The notes under the pieces were generated by a model that saw nothing but the letters and a program-made list of their open reading frames with translations, ran no database searches and was not told the DNA's origin. The position numbers were made by a program, and so were the translations under genes. 64,000 nucleotides of DNA, from NCBI GenBank assembly GCA_041395205.1, contig JAWLAZ010000003.1, positions 215,063 through 279,062 of the forward strand, read 5' to 3'. The first letter of the stretch is position 1. Every line of letters begins with the position of its first letter. Shown here piece after piece: positions 46,866 through 56,486 of this stretch. The DNA comes from a bacterium (lineage in GTDB: Bacteria > 4484-113 > JAFGCY01).

Positions 46866-47780
46866 CTACCCCTTGCGGCGCGGAATCAGCTCATACTCAC
46901 GCAGGGTCGCTTCAAGGGCACTGCGCTTCCGGTCATCCATCTTCGTCATCGGCAGGCGGAAGTTGTCATCGACCACACCCATCATCGAAAGCGCCGTCTT
47001 GATCGGGATCGGGTTCGTGGTGGTATACAGCGAATTGTTCAGCTCAAGGAAATGCAGGTGGATGTCCAGTGCCTCACGCACATCGCCGGCGAGGTAGGCG
47101 GTGATCATCTCCTTGATCTCCTTGCCGATCAGGTGCCCGTAGACCGTCACCACGCCGCAGCCGCCGCAGGCCACGATCGGCAGAATCAGCGCGTCATCAC
47201 CGGCGTAGATGTGGAAGTCCGATAGAGTCTGGCTGCGCAGCAGGCTGACTCCGGCGAGATCCCCCGTGGCATCCTTCACGGCGCAGACATTGCTGGTCGC
47301 CGCCAGCTCCACGATCACCTCATGCTCGACGCGCAGCCCGGTGCGCCCCGGGATGTTGTAGAGCAGGATCGGCAGGTCGGAGGCATCGGAGATCGCGCTG
47401 AAGTGCGCCAGCTGGCCGTCGGCATTGGGCTTGTTGTAGTAGGGGCCGACCACCATCAGGCCGTCGGCACCGGCCCTGGCCGCGGCCTTGGCGAACTTCA
47501 CGCTGTCCGCGGTGTCATTGCTGCCGACGTTCATCAGCACCTTGAAGCCCTTCTTCGCGCGGCTCTTGTAGAACTCGAACAGCTTGAGCTTCTCCGCCTG
47601 GCTGAGCGTCGGCCCCTCGCCGGTCGTACCGGCCACGACGATGCCGTCGTTCTGGGCCTGCACATGCTTGAACAGTTTCTCGGCAGCCGCGTAGTCCACC
47701 TTGCCGCTCTTCGTGAAGGGCGTTACGATCGCCGTCACGACCTGGCCGAATATCGCCTCACTGCGCTTCTTGACTGCCAT
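46866..47780 (-). CDS. dapA: 4-hydroxy-tetrahydrodipicolinate synthase
   Basis: AIVTPFTKSGKVDYAAAEKL..VVAGTTGEGPTLS; start set at MAVKK (47780), leaving 4 nt to the asd stop; the ORF is open to 47813. Confidence 0.85.
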   Translation of the reverse strand: MAVKKRSEAIFGQVVTAIVTPFTKSGKVDYAAAEKLFKHVQAQNDGIVVAGTTGEGPTLSQAEKLKLFEFYKSRAKKGFKVLMNVGSNDTADSVKFAKAAARAGADGLMVVGPYYNKPNADGQLAHFSAISDASDLPILLYNIPGRTGLRVEHEVIVELAATSNVCAVKDATGDLAGVSLLRSQTLSDFHIYAGDDALILPIVACGGCGVVTVYGHLIGKEIKEMITAYLAGDVREALDIHLHFLELNNSLYTTTNPIPIKTALSMMGVVDDNFRLPMTKMDDRKRSALEATLREYELIPRRKG

Positions 47781-47784
47781 GCTG

Positions 47785-48795
47785 CTAACCTGCCTTTGCT
47801 TCGAGATTTCCATGATGGGCGCGCAGCAGGGCCAGCAGCCGCCAGCCGTTCAGTGCGGCACCCAGATTCAGATTGTCACCACTGAGGAAGAAGGACCAGC
47901 CGTTGCCAATGCCCTCCTCGGCCCGCAGCCTTCCGGCCTCAACCATGTCATGGCGAGAGGCGGAAAGCGGCCCCGGCAGGCCCTCGTCGCGCAGCAGCAC
48001 ATGGCTGTCGCGGCTCCAGGCCTCGCGGATCGCCTCCGCGCTGACGGCATCCGCAAACTCCAGGCTGACCGCCATGCTGTGTCCCACGCTGACCGGCACG
48101 CGCACCGCATGCGGCACGATTGCCAGCTCCGGCATTGCGAGGATCTTCCTCGTTTCCAGCAGCAGCTTGCGCTCCTCACTGCAGCGCAGTTCAGCGTCCA
48201 GCCCGCCGATACCCGGAATCACATTGTTGGCAATCGCCGTCTCCGGCGCGTCCGAGCGTCCCGATTGCGGGTCAAGCGCATACTGCCGCAGTTCACCTTC
48301 CAGTCTGGCAACGCCATCCCGTCCGGCTCCGCTCATGCTCTGGTAGGTCGCCACCCAGATCCGCCTGATCCCGAACTGCGTGAGGGCCTTGATCCCGTGC
48401 ACGAGGATGATCGTGCTGCAGTTGGGGTTGGCAACGAGCTGAGTTTCAGCCGTGACCGCTGTGTCATTCGCGCCGCCCACCACCAGCGGGACCGCGGGGT
48501 CCATCCGGTAGGCATTGCTCTTGTCCACCACACGGCAGCCGGCCTTGAGCGCCTGCGGGACGAATTCCCGCGAGAGTTCATCGCCGACGCAGAACAGGGC
48601 GTAGTCACAGTCGGCGAAGTCGAACTGCGCGAGGTCGCGCACCGTGAGTTCCATGCCATCCAGTTCGAGATTGCTGCCGGCACTGCGCGCGCTGGCAATG
48701 GGAATCACCTCCGTGATCCCGGATGGCCGGGCCGCGATGATCCGCAGGTACTCCGCCCCCACCAGTCCGCTTGCACCGATGATCGCCAGTCTCAT
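47785..48795 (-). CDS. asd: aspartate-semialdehyde dehydrogenase
   Basis: MRLAIIGASGLVGAEYLRII N-terminus, active-site NPNCSTIIL, about 337 aa; the longer 460-aa ORF upstream is out-of-context GC-rich read-through. Confidence 0.85.
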   Translation of the reverse strand: MRLAIIGASGLVGAEYLRIIAARPSGITEVIPIASARSAGSNLELDGMELTVRDLAQFDFADCDYALFCVGDELSREFVPQALKAGCRVVDKSNAYRMDPAVPLVVGGANDTAVTAETQLVANPNCSTIILVHGIKALTQFGIRRIWVATYQSMSGAGRDGVARLEGELRQYALDPQSGRSDAPETAIANNVIPGIGGLDAELRCSEERKLLLETRKILAMPELAIVPHAVRVPVSVGHSMAVSLEFADAVSAEAIREAWSRDSHVLLRDEGLPGPLSASRHDMVEAGRLRAEEGIGNGWSFFLSGDNLNLGAALNGWRLLALLRAHHGNLEAKAG

Positions 48796-48796
48796 C

Positions 48797-49546
48797 CTAG
48801 AGCTCCATGATCCTGTCCATGCCCACCACCAGTCCCTCGACACGGTGGATGTTGCGCACGCACCAGGCGATGCCGGGCATGAAGCAGCTGCGGTCGATGC
48901 TGCGGTGCTCCACCGCCAGCGATTCACCATGCAGCGAGAACAGCACCTGCTGCTCAGCGAGGTAGCCGGCCCCGCGCACGCTGTGGATCGCCACCATATC
49001 CTGATTGCCACCGAGCACACCCTTGAGCTGCTCCGTGTAGTCCTCAGCCGTGGAGGACTTCGCCGACCCGGGCTGGCCTGCCAGCACCTCGGCGATCCCG
49101 GCCGCGGTGTAGCGTGCCGTGCCGGAGGGCGCATCCGCCTTGCGGTCGTGATGCCGTTCAGTGACAACCGGAGCCTGCATGTAGCGTGCCGCCTGGCGCG
49201 CGAAGAGGATCATCAGATTGGCACCGATCGAGAAGTTCGGCACGATCAGCACGGGGCTGCCGCGCTCGGCGCTGATCGCCTGCATCTGTTCCACCGTCTC
49301 GAGTGTGTAGCCCGTGGCCCCGATCACGTACGGCAGCCCGGCGTTGACAACCGCCGTGCCATGGGCATCAACGCCCTCGCCGGTGCTCAGGTCCACCACG
49401 CAGTCCACGCCGCTCTGCAGCAGGCGCTCGCTGGAATCAGCACTGCCGAGTTCCACCGTACAGCGGATGTCGTCCGTGGTTGTTATGTATTCGCGCAGAG
49501 CCCGGCCCATGCGGCCTTCGCTGCCGATTATTGCTATGCTGTGCAT
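48797..49546 (-). CDS. dapB: 4-hydroxy-tetrahydrodipicolinate reductase
   Basis: MHSIAIIGSEGRMGRAL N-terminus and DapB C-terminal domain; its stop is 1 nt from the asd start. Confidence 0.85.
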   Translation of the reverse strand: MHSIAIIGSEGRMGRALREYITTTDDIRCTVELGSADSSERLLQSGVDCVVDLSTGEGVDAHGTAVVNAGLPYVIGATGYTLETVEQMQAISAERGSPVLIVPNFSIGANLMILFARQAARYMQAPVVTERHHDRKADAPSGTARYTAAGIAEVLAGQPGSAKSSTAEDYTEQLKGVLGGNQDMVAIHSVRGAGYLAEQQVLFSLHGESLAVEHRSIDRSCFMPGIAWCVRNIHRVEGLVVGMDRIMEL

Positions 49547-49569
49547 TCACTGAGCCTCGCCTGGGCCTA

Positions 49570-50277
49570 TTATCGCGCCTGCTCGCCGTACCAGCGCAGT
49601 TTGTCCGCCGGGTCCGGCCGCATATCCGCCGGCAGCAGTTCCTCGATGCGCTGCATCATGCGCGCGGTCTCACGCTGCACGACTTCCTTCGGGACGCGCT
49701 CGCGGTCGCCATCATAGTCGATCCGGTAGGGCTCACCGTAGCGGATCGTGATCTTCGCCGGGCGGAAGGCCTTGCTGCCCTTGCCCAGCGCATTCTGCGA
49801 GCCGATGATCGCGGACGGCAGGATCGTGGCGTCACTGCGGATCGCCATCAGCACGGCACCGCTCTTGCCCTCCATCAGCACACCGTCCTGGCTGCGCGTG
49901 CCCTCCGGGAAGATGAACACCACCTGCTGGTCCCTGAGGTACTGCACCGCATCCAGCAGGGCCTGCTTGCCCTGGCCGCGGTTGACCATGATGCTGCCGA
50001 TGCTCTTCATGTAGATCCGCAGAATGCCAATCTTGAACAGTTCGGCCTTCGGCATGTGGTAACCACAGCGCCCGGGAATGAAGGAGCCTGTCAGAGGCGG
50101 GTCGAGGTGGCTGATGTGGTTGCTGACAACCAGCAGCGCTCCCCTGCGCGGCACACGCTCGGGATGCTCGAGGCTCACGCGGAACATGAGTCTGGCCACG
50201 AGCCAGGTCGCCAGGCGCGTGATGTCGTAGATGATCCTGCCCCAGAAGGACATCTTCAGCTTGTTGCTGACGTACAA
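49570..50277 (-). CDS. plsC: 1-acyl-sn-glycerol-3-phosphate acyltransferase
   Basis: NHISHLDP (HX4D) and FPEGTRS acyltransferase motifs. Confidence 0.8.
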   Translation of the reverse strand: MYVSNKLKMSFWGRIIYDITRLATWLVARLMFRVSLEHPERVPRRGALLVVSNHISHLDPPLTGSFIPGRCGYHMPKAELFKIGILRIYMKSIGSIMVNRGQGKQALLDAVQYLRDQQVVFIFPEGTRSQDGVLMEGKSGAVLMAIRSDATILPSAIIGSQNALGKGSKAFRPAKITIRYGEPYRIDYDGDRERVPKEVVQRETARMMQRIEELLPADMRPDPADKLRWYGEQAR

Positions 50278-50279
50278 GC

Positions 50280-50690
50280 TCAGCTCCCCTTGACGATGCG
50301 GTAGCTGTCCTCGTCGAAGTGCTGCGTGGAGAATTCCATGATGTGCGTCTCGTCATCGAGTCCGGTGAAACGGTGCACCATCCCCGGCTTGAGCAGGATG
50401 CAGTCGCCTTCCCGCATCTCGAAGACCTCCTGGATCACCGGCGGCTCCATCTGCGCATGCTCGAGGTCGCACATCTCCATCTGCAGCCGGCCCTTCGTGA
50501 TGTAGAAGGTCTCGGTCTTGAGCTTGTGGTAGTGCAGCGAACAGTTCTTGCCCTTGTGCAGCACCAGCAGTTTCCCGCAGTACATTTCATCATTGTGGAG
50601 CCAGCGCTCCTCGCCCCAGCCCTTGGGAACGATCTTCACGTCCTCGTCCAGGCGGATCGGCAGGCTGTAATTCTGCGGAATGCTGTCCAT
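50280..50690 (-). CDS. cupin domain protein
   Basis: 136 aa; SLHYHKLKTETFYITKG with an H.H...E pattern, then a second His motif GMVHRF; two-motif cupin fold. Confidence 0.55.
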   Translation of the reverse strand: MDSIPQNYSLPIRLDEDVKIVPKGWGEERWLHNDEMYCGKLLVLHKGKNCSLHYHKLKTETFYITKGRLQMEMCDLEHAQMEPPVIQEVFEMREGDCILLKPGMVHRFTGLDDETHIMEFSTQHFDEDSYRIVKGS

Positions 50691-50808
50691 GGCTTTCTCC
50701 TATGACGAAAATGCCCACCGCAGAGGTGGGCGGGAAGCTTTGCTTTGCCTACAAGTGTCTGCCTCCAGTACTAATTATAAGCCAATTGCCGCGCGGGGCA
50801 AGGCCGGA

Positions 50809-52560
50809 TCAGCCGCGGATCTCGATCGTCTTCGATTCGCTCTGCGGGATCGGGAAGAACTTGGAGAGCATCACCTGGTTGCGGCCGGAATGCTTGGCCG
50901 TGTACAGCGCATGGTCGGCATTGTCGACGAACAGCGCGCTGATCTCCTCGACATTCTTGAGGAAGGCATCACCTTCACCCGTGCTGCGCGAACCGCGCGA
51001 AACCTCGGGCTTGAGGTTCGTATCCGCCGTGGTGGCCAGGCCCACGCTGACCGTCACCTGCTTGAAGGCGTCGCGCTGCAGGCTGATCGGGAACTGGTGC
51101 GCCTCGACCTTGCGCCTGAGCTGCTCGGCGATGCGCGGGGCGATCTCCGGCGGGGTGCCCTTCAGCACCACGGCGAATTCCTCGCCGCCCCAGCGGCCCA
51201 CGAGGTCCGTGCCACGGAAGAAGGTCTTCAGGATCTGCGCCAGCTCCTGGATCACGAGGTTGCCCACCAGATGTCCATAGGTGTCGTTGATGCTCTTGAA
51301 GTGGTCGATGTCCATGTAGATCAGCCCGAGCGGGATGTCCTTGCAGTAGGCATCATTGAGCATCGGGATGAACTTCTCCATGAAGCCGCCGTGGTTGTTG
51401 AGCTGCGTCAGGTTGTCAGTATGGCTCTCGGTCTTGACCGTGGTGTAGTTCAGGCTGTTGGAGACCGCAATCGAGATCAGCGGTGCAATGCTCTGCAGGA
51501 AGGCGAAGGCGTCAGCGTCGAAGCTCTTCACGTGATGGCTGTCCAGGCAGAGCACGCCGAGCGCCTCCTGGCGGAACATCAGCGGCATGCAGGCCAGGGA
51601 GCGGATCTTCTTGCCGCGCTGGTTGAAGCTCTCCCAGCGCTTGTCCTCAAGCACGTCGTCAATCAGCACGCCCTCGCGGTTGCTGTAGCTCCAGCCGACC
51701 ACGCCCTGGTCCAGCTTCACGCTGCGGGCCACGCCGGTCGCGGCCTCATCGCCGCTCTCCACCTTGAGCTCCAGGCGCTGCTCCTCCTGGTTGTAGATGT
51801 AGATGCTGAACTTGTCGAAATCGAAGCGGTTACGCAGCGCTTCCACGATCTTGCCGAACAGCTCCTCCCAGTCCAGTACGGAGATGATGTTCTCGAGGAT
51901 CTGCAACAGGGTCTGGACCTCGCGGTTGCGCTCCACCAGCGACTCCACGGAAAGGTCCGCATTGATCGCCTGCATGCTCAGGTCGCTGACCAGCTCCTCG
52001 CTGACCTGGTAGATCTCGTCGATGTTGCGCTTGATCTTGCGCACCAGCAGCGTCGCCGTGGCAATTGCACCGAGACCGATCAGGGTATAGGCTCCAGCCT
52101 CCACATTCGTGCTGAACAGTCCGAGCTCCGGATTGGCACGCGCCAGCATGATACTGAACAGGTACAGCATCACGGAGACTGCGGTCAGCAGCGACCCCGT
52201 GCCGCGCGGCAGTACGAAGTTGTAGAAGCTGTTGATCACCACGAGTGCGATCAGGTAGATCAGGATCATCATCGGCTGCGACATGAAGAGGTAGGTCGCG
52301 GTGATGATGTCGATTGCGAGGCTCATCAGGAACAGCCGCTCATTGTTGTCCGGCGTCGGCTCGGTGAAGCGGAACAGTGCCAGGTTCAGGACCGCCATCA
52401 GCCCGAGGCTCGCCCAGAACAGGAAGGGGCTGCCATAGCTGCTGGAATCCTTGAAATGCAGCATCCAGATGAAGATGTAGCTGGATGTGAAGCCGATCAG
52501 TTTCGCAGCCACGAGATATGGCCAGAAGCGCGACGGGAGGTAGTAGACCTTCTGATTCAA
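50809..52560 (-). CDS. membrane sensor diguanylate cyclase (N-terminal multi-TM domain, GAF-like, GGDEF)
   Basis: Six or seven N-terminal hydrophobic helices; C-terminal GGDEF domain with RWGGEEFAVVL active site and an RxxD I-site-like motif. Confidence 0.8.
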   Translation of the reverse strand: MNQKVYYLPSRFWPYLVAAKLIGFTSSYIFIWMLHFKDSSSYGSPFLFWASLGLMAVLNLALFRFTEPTPDNNERLFLMSLAIDIITATYLFMSQPMMILIYLIALVVINSFYNFVLPRGTGSLLTAVSVMLYLFSIMLARANPELGLFSTNVEAGAYTLIGLGAIATATLLVRKIKRNIDEIYQVSEELVSDLSMQAINADLSVESLVERNREVQTLLQILENIISVLDWEELFGKIVEALRNRFDFDKFSIYIYNQEEQRLELKVESGDEAATGVARSVKLDQGVVGWSYSNREGVLIDDVLEDKRWESFNQRGKKIRSLACMPLMFRQEALGVLCLDSHHVKSFDADAFAFLQSIAPLISIAVSNSLNYTTVKTESHTDNLTQLNNHGGFMEKFIPMLNDAYCKDIPLGLIYMDIDHFKSINDTYGHLVGNLVIQELAQILKTFFRGTDLVGRWGGEEFAVVLKGTPPEIAPRIAEQLRRKVEAHQFPISLQRDAFKQVTVSVGLATTADTNLKPEVSRGSRSTGEGDAFLKNVEEISALFVDNADHALYTAKHSGRNQVMLSKFFPIPQSESKTIEIRG

Positions 52561-52606
52561 CCTGTACCGATTATATCAGGACGGGAGCCGCGCTGAGATG
52601 CGCTCC

Positions 52607-54019
52607 CTACTTGAGCATCCGTGAGATCTGGCTGATCGCCTGCTCGATGTAGGGATCCTCCACGATCTCGGCCGTGATCTTGCTTGCACCGTGGGAGACG
52701 GTGCTGTGGTCACGGTTGCCGAGCTCGGAGCCGATCTGGCTGAGTGTGAGGTTCGTGAACTCACGGGCGAAGTACATCGCGATCATCCGCGCCAGGGCCA
52801 CGCGCTTGGAGCGGTTGGAGCTGAGCAGCAGGCTGTCGCTGATGTTGAAGTACTCGCAGACGGCATTGATGATCTGCCGCATGCTGACCTCGCGGCGGAT
52901 CCCGCTCGTATCAAGGATGTCGGCCAGCACGCGTGCCGCGAACTCGATAGTCGGCGGGCTGCTGGAGAAGTCGCTGAAGGCCAGCAGGCGCGTCAGTGCT
53001 CCCTCCAGCTCACGGATGTTGCTGGTCACGCGGTCGGCGATGAAGTAGCAGACCTCATCCGGCAGGTTGACCTTCTCCTGGCGGGCCTTCTGGCGCAGGA
53101 TGGCAACGCGGGTCTCGAGGCTCGGGTCGGCGATGTCGGCTACGAGCCCCATCCCGAAGCGGCTGATCAGGCGCTCCTCCATGCCCTTGAGCGTACGCGG
53201 CGGGCGGTCGGAGCTGATGATGATCTGCTTGCCGGCCTCCACGAGCTCCATGAAGGTGTGGAAGAACTCGCTCTGGGTCTCGGCCTTGCCGCTCAGGAAC
53301 TGGATGTCGTCAATCAGCAGCACGTCGGCCTGGCGGTAGCGGCGGTGGAACTCGGACATGCGCTGGCCTGTGCGCACGTGCTCGATGAAGTCGTTCGTGA
53401 ACTTCTCGCTCGTGACGTAGACCACGCTGTCAGCGCGGCGGCTGTTCCAGACCTCGTGCCCGATGGCGTGCATCAGGTGCGTCTTGCCCAGCCCGACCCC
53501 GCCGTAGAGGAACATCGGGTTGTAGCTCTTGCCGGGACGCTGGGCCACCTGCCAGCAGGCGTTGTAGCAGAACTGGTTGTTGGCACCGACCACGAACTCA
53601 TTGAAGGTGTAGTGCGGGTTGAGCAGCGGCTTGTTCGCCTGCGGGCGCGATGCGGCCTCTTCCTGTTCCATGCCGCCGGGCATGAGGTCCAGCCCGTTGT
53701 CCTGCTGCTGCATACCGCTGAAGGACGGGCCGGCATCACTGCTGCCGAGCTTGCCGGAGACGACCTCCAGGCTGGCGCGGCGGCCGGTGATCAACTCAGT
53801 GAGTTCAATGATGATCTCGCCGAACTGTTCCAGCACCCACTTGCGGTTCATGTCGTTGGCAGCGGAGATGACGAGCACGTCGTCCTCATAGGAAACGGCC
53901 GCAAGGGGCCGGATCAGCAGTTCATACTTCGGGCGGTTCGTTTGTTCGCAGAGTTGCTGTTTGATGATCTCGAGAAGATCTGTTGCACTGTGGGTCTGCA
54001 TACAATTAGCGGCAGGCAA
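52607..54019 (-). CDS. dnaA: chromosomal replication initiator protein
   Basis: AAA+ Walker A LFLYGGVGLGKTHLMHAIG, sensor motifs, and C-terminal DNA-binding domain ending ..TVSHGASKITAEI.. Confidence 0.9.
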   Translation of the reverse strand: MPAANCMQTHSATDLLEIIKQQLCEQTNRPKYELLIRPLAAVSYEDDVLVISAANDMNRKWVLEQFGEIIIELTELITGRRASLEVVSGKLGSSDAGPSFSGMQQQDNGLDLMPGGMEQEEAASRPQANKPLLNPHYTFNEFVVGANNQFCYNACWQVAQRPGKSYNPMFLYGGVGLGKTHLMHAIGHEVWNSRRADSVVYVTSEKFTNDFIEHVRTGQRMSEFHRRYRQADVLLIDDIQFLSGKAETQSEFFHTFMELVEAGKQIIISSDRPPRTLKGMEERLISRFGMGLVADIADPSLETRVAILRQKARQEKVNLPDEVCYFIADRVTSNIRELEGALTRLLAFSDFSSSPPTIEFAARVLADILDTSGIRREVSMRQIINAVCEYFNISDSLLLSSNRSKRVALARMIAMYFAREFTNLTLSQIGSELGNRDHSTVSHGASKITAEIVEDPYIEQAISQISRMLK

Positions 54020-54541
54020 TGACCCACCGACGCTCCGCCTCCTCGTAGTATTCCTCGTGATACTCCGTGAACAGGATGCTGAAAGTTGTCAACACCCTTC
54101 CAAATCAACCCGTCCACGTGTCGCTTATCCCCATTGTGAAACCCTGGAACTTGCATAAGTTGATAACCTCAGCAAGGAGATCATCAGGCAATCCAGATTC
54201 TGTCAACGGGGATGCCCCTGATGCACCATCTCACGGCGCATCCTGCCTTCAAGAGGATCTAGGATATCAGACGCATAGGGCGCTGGCAAGAGCAAATTGA
54301 CCGCCCCGGCAAAAAATCCCTGATAATTTTCAGCCCAATCCTCATGCGGCTCCCACACGGTTTTCACATCCCTGATTCACGGCTGGCAGTCACATTGATA
54401 TGGTTGTTCAAACCGGAACATTGAGCTGCGGTTAAATGTCATTTTCAATGTCTCGCAGGCTGATTGAATCGCTGAATGAAGTGGCGCGAGCCGGACTGAT
54501 GTAATACAATTCTGCTACCTGCCCGCGGAGGAAGACTGAAA
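54020..54541. promoter_or_regulatory. putative oriC / dnaA promoter region
   Basis: 522-bp non-coding tract immediately upstream of dnaA, noticeably AT-richer than the flanks; DnaA-box-like 9-mers TTATCCCCA (54124), TTGTCAACA (54085), TTGATAACC (54162) and TTTTCACAT (54361); AT-rich stretches GGCAAAAAATCCCTGATAATTTTCAG. Confidence 0.4.
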
Positions 54542-55330
54542 ATGAGCAACGCATCCGGAGTTATCGCCCGCCGTGACCTCAAACCCGAGGAGCTTGCGGC
54601 CAAGGAGCGCCTCGAGGAGAAGGGTAACGAGGCCCTGGACAACGATGACTACAAGCTGGCGCTGGAGTGCTTCCACAAGATCACGATCCTCGACGGCGCT
54701 GACCCCAACGGCTGGAACATGCTCGGGGTCTGCTTCTCCAACCTTGAATTCGCGAAGGAGGCCTGGCGCTCCTACATGCTGGCCCTGGCCGCGGATCCCG
54801 AGAACCTCGATGCGCTCTGGTATGCCTCTGAGTTCCTGTCCAGCATGGAGGATTTCGAACTGGCGCGGCTGATGCTCAGCCGCTACATCGAGCTCGAGAG
54901 CGATGAGGAGCGCCTGGAGGAAGCCCGCGAGGAGCTCGATGAGGTCAACCGCCAGCTCGGAGACCGCCGCAGCGGCACGAAGACCATCAATACCACCGAC
55001 GATGAACTGGACGAGATGGAGATGCCGCACGGAGAGGATGGTGACGAGGAGGAGGAGCTGCCCGAGGGCTTCGCCGTCGATGAGGATGATGAGGCGGACT
55101 ACTCCATGGATTTCAGCGTCGCCGAGGATGACTTCGAGGACGAGGCTGAAGAAAGCTTTGACGATGACGATAACACTGGCATGTCAGACGAGGAGGAAGA
55201 GACCTTCGTGGCCAGTGTGACCCTGCAGCTCACGGGCGTGGCGCTCAGCTGCCGCAACTGCGGCACCGCTCTGCCCGCTGATGCACCCTACTGCTTCAGC
55301 TGCAAGTCGATCTGCTTCTACGAGGACTGA
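54542..55330 (+). CDS. TPR-repeat protein with acidic region and C-terminal zinc ribbon
   Basis: TPR-like repeats (GNEALDNDDYKLALECFHKIT...), a D/E-rich tract, and CRNCGTALPADAPYCFSCKS at the C-terminus. Confidence 0.6.
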   Translation: MSNASGVIARRDLKPEELAAKERLEEKGNEALDNDDYKLALECFHKITILDGADPNGWNMLGVCFSNLEFAKEAWRSYMLALAADPENLDALWYASEFLSSMEDFELARLMLSRYIELESDEERLEEAREELDEVNRQLGDRRSGTKTINTTDDELDEMEMPHGEDGDEEEELPEGFAVDEDDEADYSMDFSVAEDDFEDEAEESFDDDDNTGMSDEEEETFVASVTLQLTGVALSCRNCGTALPADAPYCFSCKSICFYED

Positions 55331-55340
55331 ACATGCCCCG

Positions 55341-56033
55341 ATGCGGTTTAGCCCCACAGCCGTCCTCTGCCTGCTGCTCCTCCTGCCGCTGACCTGCGGC
55401 TGTGACAGGCTCGGCAGCCTGACTGACAACCGCGGCATCGACGTGGCCGACCAGCTCGGCCGCCTGCAGCTGGCCGTGCTGGAAGACAGCGGCGTCTCCT
55501 CCGAGGAAGCGGCGCAGGCCAGCACGGATGAGCATGCCGCCGACGCCCATGCCTCTGATTCACACGCGACTGACTCCGAAGCCGGTGGCCAGGCCCTGCG
55601 CATCGCCGTTGTCAGCGTGGTGGACCAGTCCCTGTTCGCCGCTGCCAGCGCCGAGGAGGGGGCTGATCCCGCGGAAGGTGCCGCTGCCGCCGCCGAGGCC
55701 GCGCTGCGCCGCGAACGGCAGGTGCGCCAGGCGATCAACGCCCGGCTGGTTGGCAACAGCCTGATCAGCGTGGTCCAGCCCGCGGCGGAACAGCTCGAGC
55801 TGGCCCGCGCGGAGGTTATCGGGATTGACAGCGCTGCACTCAGCCAGGCCACCGTCATGGCGCTCGGCGAGGCCATGCATGTGGACTACGTCGTCAGCGT
55901 GCTGATCGACCGTGAGGGCCAGGACGTTGACATCGTGGCCCAGCACACCGCGGACGGTGCGATCGTCTTCCAGGAGACCCGGGACTGGAGCACGCGCCTG
56001 CGCGTGGCCGAGGCACCGGCCGCCGCCGAGTGA
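55341..56033 (+). CDS. hypothetical lipoprotein
   Basis: Start taken at MRFSPTAVLCLLLLLPLTCGC (lipobox); A/E-rich mature region. Confidence 0.5.
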   Translation: MRFSPTAVLCLLLLLPLTCGCDRLGSLTDNRGIDVADQLGRLQLAVLEDSGVSSEEAAQASTDEHAADAHASDSHATDSEAGGQALRIAVVSVVDQSLFAAASAEEGADPAEGAAAAAEAALRRERQVRQAINARLVGNSLISVVQPAAEQLELARAEVIGIDSAALSQATVMALGEAMHVDYVVSVLIDREGQDVDIVAQHTADGAIVFQETRDWSTRLRVAEAPAAAE

Positions 56034-56486
56034 TCAGCTGCGCTGCGCCGTGTCGACGATGATCGTCACCGGGCCCTCGTTGACGAGTTCCACTTCCATC
56101 ATCGCTCCGAACTCCCCGCTGGCGACGTTCAGCCCATGCTCCTCCGCCAGCATCCGCTTGAAGTCCTCCACCATTTCCGCCGCGCGCTGAGGTTCCATTG
56201 CCCCCGAGAAGGACGGCCGGTTGCCTGAGGCTGTCGGCGCTGCCAGCGTGAACTGTGAGACCACGAGTACGCTGCCTCCCACACTGCTGACATCGAGGTT
56301 CATCTTCCCGTCGGCATCCGTGAAGATCCGCATCCCGGCGATCTTGCGCGCGGTGAAGCCCAGCTCCGCTGCGGTGTCATCCTTCATCACGCCCAGCAGC
56401 ACCACGAGGCCGCGACCGATCTCCCCCGTGATCCGGCCGGCCACGCTCACCCGCGCCCGGCTGACGCGCTGCACGACGGCTCTCAC
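56034..56486 (-). CDS. dtd: D-aminoacyl-tRNA deacylase
   Basis: MRAVVQRVSRARVSV..GLVVLLGV N-terminus and C-terminal SQFTL GP motif region. Confidence 0.85.
   Translation of the reverse strand: MRAVVQRVSRARVSVAGRITGEIGRGLVVLLGVMKDDTAAELGFTARKIAGMRIFTDADGKMNLDVSSVGGSVLVVSQFTLAAPTASGNRPSFSGAMEPQRAAEMVEDFKRMLAEEHGLNVASGEFGAMMEVELVNEGPVTIIVDTAQRS

Noticed and set aside
47785-49167. 460-aa ORF extending asd upstream
   Set aside because: Only the 3' 337 codons, from MRLAIIGASG at 48795, match Asd. The 5' part overlaps dapB in another frame.
50680-52596. 638-aa plus-strand ORF
   Set aside because: It is antisense to the GGDEF sensor gene and is a GC-rich artefact.
52691-54022. 443-aa plus-strand ORF
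   Set aside because: It is antisense to dnaA.
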